Shown piece after piece: positions 40,801-50,647 of a stretch of 64,000 nt of DNA. The translations under genes were made by a program, and so were the position numbers. Each line of letters opens with the position of its first letter. The first letter of the stretch is position 1. This DNA is from Cyanobacteria bacterium P01_F01_bin.150 (GTDB taxonomy: Bacteria > Cyanobacteriota > Cyanobacteriia > CAKZMO01), in the NCBI GenBank assembly GCA_039189765.1, contig JBCCYL010000014.1:1-64000 (forward strand), written 5' to 3'. The notes beneath the pieces are model-generated. The model was given only the letters and a program-made list of their open reading frames with translations. It was not told where the DNA came from and made no database searches.

Positions 40801-43800
40801 CTAGATTTCCTTCTCCCACACTAACCTCCAACACACCTCACAAGCTTCCCGCGCCACTTCATCCGGTGGATCTTTAAAGACAGGGTGGTAGCGGAGGCGA
40901 TCGCAACACACCTTCAGCCAGGACTGCCAATTGCCCCGCCAAAGCCTTATGTTTTTGTCAGAACTACCACTGACAATCGTCTTGCCATCAGGGCTGAATA
41001 CCACAGCCCTGACTGCATCTGAATGACCTTTTAAGGGTTCGCCAATAGGATTACCGTCTAAATCCCAAAGCCGAATAGTCTGATCATCACTGCCACTGGC
41101 AATCGTCCTGCCATCTGGGTTAAAAGCTACACAAAATACAGAACCATTATGACCCTGAAAAGTCTTAAGAAGATTTCCATCCATATCCCACAGTTGAACT
41201 GTTTTGTCGGCATTGCCTGTGGCAATATTTTTGCCGTCTGGACTAAATGTAATGGACCAGATAGGAATTGGATTGTTTTGTCCACTTACTGGGTTAAAAG
41301 GCTTACTAATTTGGTTGCCCTCTCGATCCCATAATCGAATGGTTTGGTCATAACTGCCAGAAGCAATAATTTTGCCATCTGGGCTAAATGTTACAGCCTG
41401 GACAGGATGTGAATGGCCCTGGAATGGTTTACCAATTTGGTTGCCCTCTCGATCCCACAACCGAATGGTTCGGTCATAACTACCAGAAGCAATGGTATTG
41501 CCATCTGGGCTGAAGGCTACAGATTGGACAGACTTAGAATGACCATGGAATGGCTTACCAATTTGATTCCCCCTCAAATTCCATAATCGGATTGTCTTAT
41601 CGTCACTGCCAGAAGCAATGGTATTGCCATCTGGGCTGAAGGCAAGCGACCATATAGGCTCTGAATGTTGTTTAAGGGTTTCTTCAATAGATTGTCTTTT
41701 CAAATCCCATAGACGAATTGTTTGGTCATAACCACCAGAAGCAATAGTCCTGCCATTTGGGCTGAAAGCTAAAGCCCACACAGCATTTTCGTGCCCTTGG
41801 AGTGAGCTTTCAAAGACTTCTTCTTGTAAATCCCACAGACGAATGGTCTTATCGGAACCACCAGAAACAATACTCTTACCGTCTGGGCCAAAGGCGACAG
41901 AAAAGACATGACCCGAATGTCCTTGAAAGGTTTCTCCAATGAGGTTACCAGCCAGATTCCATAAGCGAATAGTCTGATCATCGCTACCCGATACAATCAT
42001 CTTGCCGTTTGGACTAAAATCGACAGAGCTTACATCTTTTGAGTGCCCTTGAAATGGTTCTCCAATGCGATTACCTTCTAAATCCCATAAGCAAACTGTA
42101 GAACTTCCAGACACAATCATCTTGCCACATGGACTAAAGTTAACAGACCAAACAGATTGCAATTTTTCCTGAAATGGGTTGTCGATATCCAGGTGATCTC
42201 CATCTAAATCTAAACTCCATGAGCAAATAGAATTACCATCTAAATCCCATAGGTAAATGGTCTGATCATCACTACCTGAGACAAGTTTTTTACTGTCTGG
42301 ACTAAATGCAATAGATGAAATACTAGCGGCATGCCCTTTGAATGGCTTACCAATAAGTTTGATAGAGCTTCCATCCAAACTCCATAAACGAATTGTTTTA
42401 TCAGAACTGCCAGAAGCGATATATTTACCATCTGGACTAAATGTGATAGCTCTTACAGAAGCTGAATGGCTCAGTGATTCTATAGTATGATCTTCATCTA
42501 AAACATGAAGATAAATTTCTGCGTCTTCACCAGCTGAGGCTATGATTTTTCCATCTGGACTAAAAGCTAAGTCTGTTACTGAAGCGGAGTGTGAATGTAA
42601 TGCATTTCTAATGACGTTTTTCTCTAAGTTCTGCCATAAATAGACTTTCCCATCTTCGCTACCAGAGACAATCATTTTGCTATTTGGACTAAACGCAATA
42701 GAAATGACAGATGACTCATGACCATATAAGCAATTTTTCTCTCGAATTCGAGCAATGACATCCCGTAAATTATTTTGTACCGGAGTGAGGATCTCACCCT
42801 GTAACTTATCGTGATTAATTCCTATAGATTTAATTACACGAATAGCTACATCAATACATGGTCGTGCTTTAGTGAAATTCTTAATTTCTTCTGCTTCAAT
42901 TAGCAACTTCAAATGAGCTACTGTTCTCTCTAAAAAAGTTATACGATCTTGCTCTTTTTGATTACTGATTTCAAAATATTTTCGCGTACTTTGTCCAAGT
43001 TCATACTCCAATCTTTCCCATTGATCACGAGCCTCAGCAAGTAAACCGCCTTGCAACAAATAGCCATCTTGCTGCTCTTGATCGCGCCATTCTTGATCGC
43101 GCCATTCCTTCTCACTATCTTCGACTCGCTGTCTAAGTCGTCGCAAATCCCGATCAGCTTGCCTCCACTCTGCAAATCTTGACCATCCGGTCATTAGAGT
43201 TTCATGTGCCAGATCAATCCAAGCTGTTGATTTTTTCGTTTGGAATTTTTGCTCGTTCCGATTGTCAGAAGACTCTAGATTATTGAGTTCATAAGTTTTC
43301 TCATAACCCAGAACTAATAATCTTCCGTCCACTAAAATATTTAGTACATCTTCGATATCCTCTCGGTCATCAAGGGTTTTTCCCATATTTAATAATAAAT
43401 CTTTAGACTGTCGCTGTCGCGTATCTTTGGCGTCTGCCCTTCCTGTACGAACAAGCCTAAGACAAATTCTTCTAGCCCATTTTCGTTCTTCATCAGATGA
43501 AAGACAAAGCTTTGGATTAGAATTTTCACCCAAATAAATTGACTCTGCATGACTATTTAGGGCTCCGGATAGACCTCTCATATCCTGGTATGCCTGAACC
43601 TGCAGCTGCATTGTTGAATCATTTCGTTTTTCCCATAGCTGGGTCAATGAAAACTGCAATAAAGGTAGACAGTTTGGCTCTTCCTTAAAATGTTCTAGAA
43701 GTAGATCAAGGAGTCCATCACCTAGCTGAAATCCTTTCTTTTCTGCTGGCTTTGCAATCGCATCTTGTAAATCAGAACCCTCTAATGGTGGCATGAATAC

Positions 43801-45225
43801 TGCGTACTTTAGTAACTCAGTTAGCCTTCTATAACTAAGGCAGCTCTCCATAAAGTCTGCTCTCATCGCTATTAGCACATGCAAGTCAGAGTGCTCGATA
43901 GCAGCAACTGATGTGAGTAAATCAATAAAACGAAGTCGGTTAAGTTCGTCTTCATCTGCGCAAGTTGTAAAGATTTCTTCAAATTGATCAACGATCAATA
44001 CTATCTGTTGAGATTTTTTTGTTTTCTTAGCCTTACTAAGCCCTAACTCTCTTATGATTTCAGCCATCGTTGCGTTTCCATCCAACAATGCTGACACCTT
44101 TTTCACTTGGGAGGAGCGTTTACATAAATGTTCAGTTAAACATTGTTTCAATATTGCCAGTGGTTCTGTCCATGGTGTGATCGGTGGCAAAGTCCTCCAT
44201 CCTTGTTGCTCAAGTAGCGGTAAAAGCCCTGCCCTCAAAACAGAAGATTTGCCGCTTCCGGATGCTCCAATAACTGGAACGAATGCTGATCGTTGTAGAG
44301 TTTGCCATAGTTGATTTACTACTGCTTCACGGCCAAAGAAAAAATTTGCGGTCCTTCGTTCGAATGCATTCAACCCCTGGTAAGGATTATCCTCTTGAAC
44401 TTGGGCTAAACTTGTTTCCTGTTGAGGCTGCTTTGCCCCTGGTAACAGCAGGATACTGCCTGATGTCTGGGGAATAGGGTGCTGTCGTTTCTGGGATTGT
44501 TGCCGAAAGGCATCATCGATAAACCGAGCTAGGGTCAGACTGGTGACGTCTCCCTCCGCATTATCCAATCCCCGCCAAAGCTCCCGTGTCAGCTCACTAT
44601 AGGGTTCATTCAATGCCTCATAGGCCACCTGATGGTCTTGGGACGCCGCAATAAAACAGCGATCGCGCGCCTGCCCCTGCTCTCCTGGATTTCCTTCCTC
44701 AAAATTTAGCAACTCCCCACTATGGCAGCAGTCCAACCACACCACCTGGGCCGCGATCGGGCTATCCTGCAACAGCTCCCGCAACCACTTTAGCGACAGC
44801 CCCCACCGATCTGCCTCGGGATTGACATCACTTGCCGCCAGAAACCCCTCCGTCCGTCGTCGCCCCACCTTCCGCAGCCCATGGCCCGAAAAATACAGCA
44901 GTGCCGCATCCGGCTTTTGCCGTTCCGTTTGGGGATAAAACAAATCCTCAATGGCGGCTTCCAACTCCTGCACTGTCACCCATGCATCATCAAAGCGACT
45001 GACAATCGCTCTACTGCTTTTTCTACGCCCCTCAGGCAATCGTCTTACAGACCAAAAGCCCTGATTTTCAAGTTTCTGGGCGATCCGTTCTGCATCAATG
45101 GCCGGAGCCTGAAGCTGCTGTAAATTATCGATTTGATAGTTATTAATCCCGACAGCCAGAGCTTCTCGCACCATAGCGGATCTATCATTTGTATCGTTTG
45201 CTTGCGTCAGTATAGCTTCTGCCAT
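40801..45225 (-). CDS. Caspase (C14) - nSTAND1 NTPase - WD40 repeat protein (bacterial NLR-like)
   Basis: ALAVGINNY, YFSGHG and LDCCHSG (His/Cys dyad). NPYQGL..F....FFGRE, Walker A GASGSGKSS, Walker B LIVDQFEE, LPLLQFSL..LW, DLAHE. About 14 GH...SPDG..IASGS.D.TIRLWD repeats. Confidence 0.92.
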   Translation of the reverse strand: MAEAILTQANDTNDRSAMVREALAVGINNYQIDNLQQLQAPAIDAERIAQKLENQGFWSVRRLPEGRRKSSRAIVSRFDDAWVTVQELEAAIEDLFYPQTERQKPDAALLYFSGHGLRKVGRRRTEGFLAASDVNPEADRWGLSLKWLRELLQDSPIAAQVVWLDCCHSGELLNFEEGNPGEQGQARDRCFIAASQDHQVAYEALNEPYSELTRELWRGLDNAEGDVTSLTLARFIDDAFRQQSQKRQHPIPQTSGSILLLPGAKQPQQETSLAQVQEDNPYQGLNAFERRTANFFFGREAVVNQLWQTLQRSAFVPVIGASGSGKSSVLRAGLLPLLEQQGWRTLPPITPWTEPLAILKQCLTEHLCKRSSQVKKVSALLDGNATMAEIIRELGLSKAKKTKKSQQIVLIVDQFEEIFTTCADEDELNRLRFIDLLTSVAAIEHSDLHVLIAMRADFMESCLSYRRLTELLKYAVFMPPLEGSDLQDAIAKPAEKKGFQLGDGLLDLLLEHFKEEPNCLPLLQFSLTQLWEKRNDSTMQLQVQAYQDMRGLSGALNSHAESIYLGENSNPKLCLSSDEERKWARRICLRLVRTGRADAKDTRQRQSKDLLLNMGKTLDDREDIEDVLNILVDGRLLVLGYEKTYELNNLESSDNRNEQKFQTKKSTAWIDLAHETLMTGWSRFAEWRQADRDLRRLRQRVEDSEKEWRDQEWRDQEQQDGYLLQGGLLAEARDQWERLEYELGQSTRKYFEISNQKEQDRITFLERTVAHLKLLIEAEEIKNFTKARPCIDVAIRVIKSIGINHDKLQGEILTPVQNNLRDVIARIREKNCLYGHESSVISIAFSPNSKMIVSGSEDGKVYLWQNLEKNVIRNALHSHSASVTDLAFSPDGKIIASAGEDAEIYLHVLDEDHTIESLSHSASVRAITFSPDGKYIASGSSDKTIRLWSLDGSSIKLIGKPFKGHAASISSIAFSPDSKKLVSGSDDQTIYLWDLDGNSICSWSLDLDGDHLDIDNPFQEKLQSVWSVNFSPCGKMIVSGSSTVCLWDLEGNRIGEPFQGHSKDVSSVDFSPNGKMIVSGSDDQTIRLWNLAGNLIGETFQGHSGHVFSVAFGPDGKSIVSGGSDKTIRLWDLQEEVFESSLQGHENAVWALAFSPNGRTIASGGYDQTIRLWDLKRQSIEETLKQHSEPIWSLAFSPDGNTIASGSDDKTIRLWNLRGNQIGKPFHGHSKSVQSVAFSPDGNTIASGSYDRTIRLWDREGNQIGKPFQGHSHPVQAVTFSPDGKIIASGSYDQTIRLWDREGNQISKPFNPVSGQNNPIPIWSITFSPDGKNIATGNADKTVQLWDMDGNLLKTFQGHNGSVFCVAFNPDGRTIASGSDDQTIRLWDLDGNPIGEPLKGHSDAVRAVVFSPDGKTIVSGSSDKNIRLWRGNWQSWLKVCCDRLRYHPVFKDPPDEVAREACEVCWRLVWEKEI

Positions 45226-45309
45226 AACGAACCGTTAACAAACAGCGACGCTGCATCACTATATCCTCAACAATGGGAGAGCAACTCAGACCCTTGTTAA
45301 GAATTAAAC

Positions 45310-45837
45310 ATGTCCCAACCCAAACTTCGATCGATTCAGCTAGACGATGGCACCATTATCAAGATCCAGGTCAATGACGCTATTGACTCTTTAGACCCAC
45401 CTCCCACAGCCTCCTCCTCCTTCGATTCTAATCCTGAACTCGACTACGAGGTTGACACTCCTCGTTCCGGCCTTCCTGACCCGACCGACGTTAACGACAA
45501 CTATGACGAAGTCGATGACGAAATCGATGGCGAAGTTAGGGGACCGATTCGCCGTGCCAAAGGGTGGAAAACCTCCCAACAATCCCGGTTACCAGAGACT
45601 CCATCAACAGTGACTCAACCCACCCCAGCCCAGCGGGTGGGCACTCTCGTTAAAGCCTACACTCAAGACTTAGTTAAAGATATTCGCACCACGGCCCTAA
45701 CCGATGTGGAAATTGAAAAGTTCACTTTAGAGTTTGGCGTTAGCCTCGACACTGAACTCAACGCCTATATCGCTTCCAGTGCCCTTGAATGTAGCGTTAA
45801 AGTAACAATTGAGTGCAAACTCTCGAAATCAGAATAG
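45310..45837 (+). CDS. Trypco1/CU044_2847-like protein with an acidic Pro-rich insertion
   Basis: N-terminal IQLDDGTIIKIQ and C-terminal IEKFTLEFGVSL...YIAS...CSVKVTIEC match the protease co-occurring family. Divergent from the caspase gene. Confidence 0.7.
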   Translation: MSQPKLRSIQLDDGTIIKIQVNDAIDSLDPPPTASSSFDSNPELDYEVDTPRSGLPDPTDVNDNYDEVDDEIDGEVRGPIRRAKGWKTSQQSRLPETPSTVTQPTPAQRVGTLVKAYTQDLVKDIRTTALTDVEIEKFTLEFGVSLDTELNAYIASSALECSVKVTIECKLSKSE

Positions 45838-45839
45838 AT

Positions 45840-46273
45840 CCTTATTTGCAACCCGATCTACAGCGATTTAAATTGGCCTATCCAGACATCGTTCTGGAGA
45901 TTACAACGTCCTATGAAGTTGCTGATCTCTCTAGGCGTGAATTGGCATCGATGAGATCTCAAGTTTTCCAACCCATCGATGGCTAAAGGACAGTCCTTAT
46001 CCCAATATTCCAGTGCGTTGGAGTATCCCAATGCTGTTACAACAAACAGCTGCAAAAGCAGGATTAGGAATGGTGATGCTGCCTTGTTATCGAGGGGATC
46101 AGGATGCAGCCCTCCAGCGAATTCACCCCGGTACAGTAATTCCAGGTAAACCCGGCTAGGTGCTGACGTTAGATGAGCTGCGAACGACTGAACGGGTCAA
46201 AGTGGTCGTTAGCTATATGGCCAAGGCCATTTGGCAATATGCTGATTTGCTCGAAGGCCGATGTCCAAAATAG
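45840..46273 (+). pseudogene. LysR substrate-binding domain remnant
   Basis: Manual translation across frames: LQRFKLAYPDIVLEITTSYEVADLSRRE / AKAGLGMVMLPCYRGD / VLTLDELRTTERVKVVVSYM..LLEGR. No HTH; frameshifts and an internal stop. Confidence 0.75.
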
Positions 46274-46286
46274 AGCTTACACTTCA

Positions 46287-46793
46287 TTAATACAGCCAAT
46301 TTTGATATTGAGGATGGCCTTCAGCCATTTCGTCACACAGCCACACCATACGATCAAGAAACCAAGTTTTACCTAAAATCACCCAGGACAATCCCAGGAC
46401 TGTAGGCCAGAGTTCAAGGCTCCACAGCCCCCAAACACATATCCCAAACCCAATCGCGTTTATGGTATTTGTGAAGGCAATCACCGGATGATGATGGCGG
46501 GGGATAGGTACTTGCTTTTGGTTTAACCAAATTCGTTCACCAATTACGCCCTTAGATGCCCACTGACGGGTCGTATTGGGTTTGGGAAAAACGCGAGGGT
46601 TCAGCCAAATCCATAGGATCACGGCTACCGTGGGAATAAGTGCGCCCCAACCCAACCATACCCGGCTCCAAATCGCTCCAATTAACAGGGGCAAGGAGCC
46701 ATAGCGGGTCCATACACTCCAGGGATTGACATGGCGAGCCCAAACGGCATCGGTCATGTGAAAGATATTGGCAAGTTTTTGAGCATTCATCAT
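46287..46793 (-). CDS. DUF6653-like membrane protein
   Basis: WARHVNPWSVWTR, W.WLNPRVFP, WASKGVIGER, KTWFLDRMVWL. Confidence 0.75.
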   Translation of the reverse strand: MMNAQKLANIFHMTDAVWARHVNPWSVWTRYGSLPLLIGAIWSRVWLGWGALIPTVAVILWIWLNPRVFPKPNTTRQWASKGVIGERIWLNQKQVPIPRHHHPVIAFTNTINAIGFGICVWGLWSLELWPTVLGLSWVILGKTWFLDRMVWLCDEMAEGHPQYQNWLY

Positions 46794-46956
46794 TAACGCC
46801 TCCTTTTGACTAGGATTGTTTAGCTGTTACGCAGAATCTTGGCGAAGAGGGTTGGTATCTTAAGCAGATGCCGTTGCCATAATCTCGTTATGGTCTGTGA
46901 TGTAGCATAAGCGAGTCCGGTAAACCCAGCACGGGTGTTTGGCTCCCTCTTCACAG

Positions 46957-47943
46957 TTATTCAGCATTCTGACATGCCAGAAAACTCACCACCTCAGGTT
47001 TCGATGAACCGTAACTGACAATGTAAACATCGAGGTTCGCCCACGCAAACAGTTTAAGCGATCGCCCAATCGAGGAGAGTATCCAAGCCAATTTGTTACC
47101 AAATACACCGCCACCAACGAGTGTCAGGTAGAGTTTTGGACAACCCGTATCCGCCAGATTCTGTAGTGCAACGTGGAATGTCGCTTCGTAGGTTGCATCG
47201 AGAATGAGCCGTGGAAAATAATTCCAATGGGCGGTAGGAATATCAGAATAGGCAATCGGCAAGGCAGAACAAAATACCTGAGTTACCATATGGGTCGCAT
47301 CGCCGATCGTTACCTGAGTTTTCGCCTGAACGCCAACTTTTAGTCGCCCACGAATGTCGTCCAATGCTTGTTCGCGGCAAAGTGACAGTTGAATTTCTAT
47401 GGAAGAAAGACCGGATGGAGTCGGAAAACAGTAGCCATTTTGCATCTGCCAAGCATCACTGCCAAAGTAACGCCCAATTTCCGATAGGCAATCAATCTGA
47501 TTGTTATGCGTTTGCCCCGTGACACCATTGACGTCCGCAAAGTAGTTTCGATAGATGGTTCCGGCACCCGCACAAATGGAGCAAGCTGGCCCTTGCGTCC
47601 AATCATTTTCGTAAATCCCGACGCCAGCCTCAGGAATAACATGCGGTGCAGCCATTTCAAGACAGTTAAATTGCGAGGCCACCTGAAAAACAGCATTTGC
47701 GTTGGCGATGTCTAGGTGCAAGGATCTCACGTCGCCAACGAGTTCCGCTACACGAATGTTTTGACCAGTGCCCGGTTTGGTTTTGCCACGCAAATCGGAC
47801 AGCGATGGTGTCGAAAACGCACCTGCGTCAAACGTTCGATTATTCGCATTTGAAGTGAACCGCGTCCCATCAAGCCGAAGCTTGGCGCGAACGTCGTCAC
47901 CGCCCTGTTCAGAGAAACCGGTTAGTACGTCAAACCAAGTCAT
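46957..47943 (-). CDS. Hypothetical protein with macrodomain/PARG-like motifs, cassette-like
   Basis: FQVASQFNCLEM, TQGPAC, LTLVGGGVFGN. The stop overlaps a GAATAAC core site, and GTTATCG lies 8 bp before the ATG. Confidence 0.65.
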   Translation of the reverse strand: MTWFDVLTGFSEQGGDDVRAKLRLDGTRFTSNANNRTFDAGAFSTPSLSDLRGKTKPGTGQNIRVAELVGDVRSLHLDIANANAVFQVASQFNCLEMAAPHVIPEAGVGIYENDWTQGPACSICAGAGTIYRNYFADVNGVTGQTHNNQIDCLSEIGRYFGSDAWQMQNGYCFPTPSGLSSIEIQLSLCREQALDDIRGRLKVGVQAKTQVTIGDATHMVTQVFCSALPIAYSDIPTAHWNYFPRLILDATYEATFHVALQNLADTGCPKLYLTLVGGGVFGNKLAWILSSIGRSLKLFAWANLDVYIVSYGSSKPEVVSFLACQNAE

Positions 47944-48007
47944 AGTTGAACCGAATAACTACTGTCTATTATGCAGATCTTTAGTCAGTCTATCTCTCCC
48001 ATTTAGG

Positions 48008-48919
48008 CTATTGTGCACATTCAGCACATCCAGCCATTTCCACTAACCAATCTATAAACTTCAGAATCAGCACTTCTTTCGGGTGATTTTCTAGATACAC
48101 TGCTGAATAGTTAAAACCGTCTAGCGTCACATTGAAGGGTTGCACAAGAAAACCTAACGCGACATCATCTGCAACATGCACAGTACTGCATAATGCTACA
48201 CCTTGACCTGCAATTGCCGCTTGAATAGCCAAACTTTCTTCGTTAAATTTCAGTCCGTGGTTAGGGTCAACAGTGTTCAATCCCGCAGCGCTAAACCAGT
48301 TTTTCCAATCAGGAGCATCGATTCCAAAGTGAATCCACTCAAAATGTAGCAGGGGATAATGCACGACGTCATCAGGTTTTCTAATTGGATGGTTGTCCTC
48401 CAACAAACGTGGACTACAAACGGGCACGAACCTATCAGACATCAACGGGCAAACTGCTAATCCTGGATAATTCCCTTTACCGTAGCGAATGGCTAAATCG
48501 ACCGTTTGCCGCTGTAGATCCACCACATCGTTTGAGGTTTGTAGTCGTAGATCAATATCAGGATGCGTCCGTTGGAACTCAGCTAAACGAGGAACCAACC
48601 ACTTAGCTGCAAACACCGTTGTCACGCTCACCGTTAACGTCGTAGATAGTGGAATTTGCTTTAACTGGGCAATCGTCTCAGCAATTGAATCCAGGCTTTT
48701 ATGTACAACCGGATATAAGAGTTGACCTGCTTCTGTCAGCGCCAGAGGGCGAGGACGCCGGCGAAATAAAGAGACGTCCAGATAATCTTCTAGTACTTTG
48801 ATTTGATGGCTAACTGCCGTTGAGGTGACATCCAGTTCTGCAGCCGCTTGCTGAAAACTCAGATGCCGTGCTGCAACTTCAAAGGTATGCAAAGCGTTAA
48901 GTGGGGGAAGCGATTTCAT
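48008..48919 (-). CDS. LysR-family regulator (GcvA-like)
   Basis: LPPLNALHTFEVAARHLSF..AA.EL.VT..AVSHQIK.LE, WLVPRL..F...HPDIDL. Confidence 0.95.
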   Translation of the reverse strand: MKSLPPLNALHTFEVAARHLSFQQAAAELDVTSTAVSHQIKVLEDYLDVSLFRRRPRPLALTEAGQLLYPVVHKSLDSIAETIAQLKQIPLSTTLTVSVTTVFAAKWLVPRLAEFQRTHPDIDLRLQTSNDVVDLQRQTVDLAIRYGKGNYPGLAVCPLMSDRFVPVCSPRLLEDNHPIRKPDDVVHYPLLHFEWIHFGIDAPDWKNWFSAAGLNTVDPNHGLKFNEESLAIQAAIAGQGVALCSTVHVADDVALGFLVQPFNVTLDGFNYSAVYLENHPKEVLILKFIDWLVEMAGCAECAQ

Positions 48920-48929
48920 CGATTTGTGG

Positions 48930-48944
48930 GTGAATTTATTTCAT
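48930..48944. promoter_or_regulatory. Putative LysR box (T-N11-A)
   Basis: GTGAATTTATTTCAT dyad just upstream of the LysR start, in the divergent intergenic region. Confidence 0.45.
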
Positions 48945-49266
48945 CTTAATCCTGAATAAATTGAATTTGCAATCTTTTCTTATCTCTTGTTATTCTTGAA
49001 ATCAAGGGGATAAAACAGTTTCTCAATCGCTCAATAGCCTGTATAAAACTCATCTAAAGTTGCATCTCTAAGCAAACTCCTTGGGTATATCCCAACGAAA
49101 CAATCGGCGTTGCTGAATGCCGGGATGAGGGCGATTGAGGCTGCGACGAATTTTTCTGTTGCAATGACTGGAGTTTTTGAGGGGGGTGTTTATGCCAAAA
49201 TCACCTCAGATTCTACCAGAACCCGCAGCCTGGTCCCCTGCACCCTCTCCTTAGGAATTTGCAATC

Positions 49267-49920
49267 ATGGCTACTATTCTAAAAATTGACGCTAGTGCGC
49301 GTGTCGCTCGTTCACTGAGCCGAGAATTAACGACGGCTTTTACAGAGCAGTGGTTGAAGTTTCGGCCTAACGATACCGTCATTACACGCGATGTAGGGCT
49401 TAATCCACCACCAGTCGTGAACGAAGCGTGGATTGCCGCTGCCTTCACTGCACCGGAGAAGCGTACGCATGAACAACTGGATGTGCTTAAGATTTCTGAT
49501 CAACTGATTGATGAACTGGAGCCTGCTGCTGTCATTGTGATAGGTACACCGATGTACAACTACGGCATGCCAGCATCTCTAAAAGCCTGGATCGACCAGG
49601 TGATTAGGATTGGACGGACCTTCTCCTTTGATTTAGCGCGTGGTGAACAGCCAATCGAACCTATTTTGACTGGCAAGACTTTAGTGATTCTATCTACATC
49701 AGGAGAAGGTGGATTTGAACTTGGCGGTGCTAATGCCGCAATAAACCACCTTGACCCTCATATTGTGGTCACCTCAAGACTGTTTGGAGTCAGCAAACAC
49801 CACATTATTCGAATTGAATACCAGGAATTTGGAGACGATCGCCATCAGAAATCGATTCAATCAGCCCATGGGGCAATTCCAGACTTGGTGCAACAGATCA
49901 GGCAAAATATGGAGAATTAA
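49267..49920 (+). CDS. azoR: FMN-dependent NADH azoreductase
   Basis: ILKIDASAR...SLSR.L, GTPMYNYGMPASLKAWIDQ..RIGRTF. Confidence 0.9.
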   Translation: MATILKIDASARVARSLSRELTTAFTEQWLKFRPNDTVITRDVGLNPPPVVNEAWIAAAFTAPEKRTHEQLDVLKISDQLIDELEPAAVIVIGTPMYNYGMPASLKAWIDQVIRIGRTFSFDLARGEQPIEPILTGKTLVILSTSGEGGFELGGANAAINHLDPHIVVTSRLFGVSKHHIIRIEYQEFGDDRHQKSIQSAHGAIPDLVQQIRQNMEN

Positions 49921-49927
49921 ATCGGTG

Positions 49928-50353
49928 ATGACAACTCAGCAAGATGATAAATCTGCCATTCAGGCGTTGATTAATTCACAGTTTGCTAGCTTGAGCTGGT
50001 CGGCTGACCAGCCAGCTCACTGGGCAGATTTTGAAACAGGTTTTGTGTCAGAAGCTCAGTTATTTCCTGCTGCAAGACCCGTCAAACCAATGACGGTTAA
50101 GAGTTTTAGAACTCGCATGGAAAAGCTAAGAACGGACGGCACGTTAACCAACTTCAAAGAAACACTTGGTCCCATCAAAGTTTGGGTGATCGGTCAAGTG
50201 GCGGTTGCGATCGCAGGGTGTGAAATGGTCGAAAATGAGCACACTATTACACGAGATATCAGTATATTTCTATTGGTTAAAGAGGAGGATACCTGGAGAA
50301 TTGCGGCTCAAGGATGGGATGTTGTTGAGGACTTCCAATCTATAGGACTTTGA
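49928..50353 (+). CDS. NTF2/SnoaL-like (DUF4440-like) protein
   Basis: DKSAIQALIN...VAVA...FLLVKEEDTWRIAAQGWD. Follows azoR. Confidence 0.75.
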   Translation: MTTQQDDKSAIQALINSQFASLSWSADQPAHWADFETGFVSEAQLFPAARPVKPMTVKSFRTRMEKLRTDGTLTNFKETLGPIKVWVIGQVAVAIAGCEMVENEHTITRDISIFLLVKEEDTWRIAAQGWDVVEDFQSIGL

Positions 50354-50364
50354 GTACAGATCTT

Positions 50365-50640
50365 ATAGCGATCGCCCGCAACCCTATCACCACTGCCAAT
50401 AAAGCTGCTTTCAGGAAGCGACGAGACCTTCAAGACATCACCCATTCAGCACAATCAGCAGGAGCGATCGCCTTCTTTGTCACATCCCAATGCTGCCATC
50501 AGATCGATCGCCCCTCTTGCGACTGTACGTGAGCGATCGCATTTCCTTCAATGATTACGCGTGAAATACAGGGGGAGTGGGGTGGATTATGGTGTGGAGG
50601 GGAGTAATCGATCGCCCCCTCAAAAATGGACTGAACCGCA
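50365..50640. repeat. HIP1-ladder non-coding repeat, copy 1
   Basis: HIP1 or near-HIP1 at 50368, 50464, 50504, 50533 and 50608. Aligns with copies 2-4. Confidence 0.9.
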
Positions 50641-50647
50641 GCATTAC

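Noticed and set aside
40930..42720. WD40 DNA repeats as a diversity-generating retroelement TR/VR pair
   Set aside because: The repeats are in-frame coding units, I saw no adenine-specific mismatch pattern, and no reverse transcriptase is in the window.
49105..49250. CGGCGTTGCTGAATG...ATGA resembling a cyanobacterial IS end upstream of azoR
   Set aside because: No matching second end, transposase or target duplication is visible, and I cannot verify the resemblance without a search.
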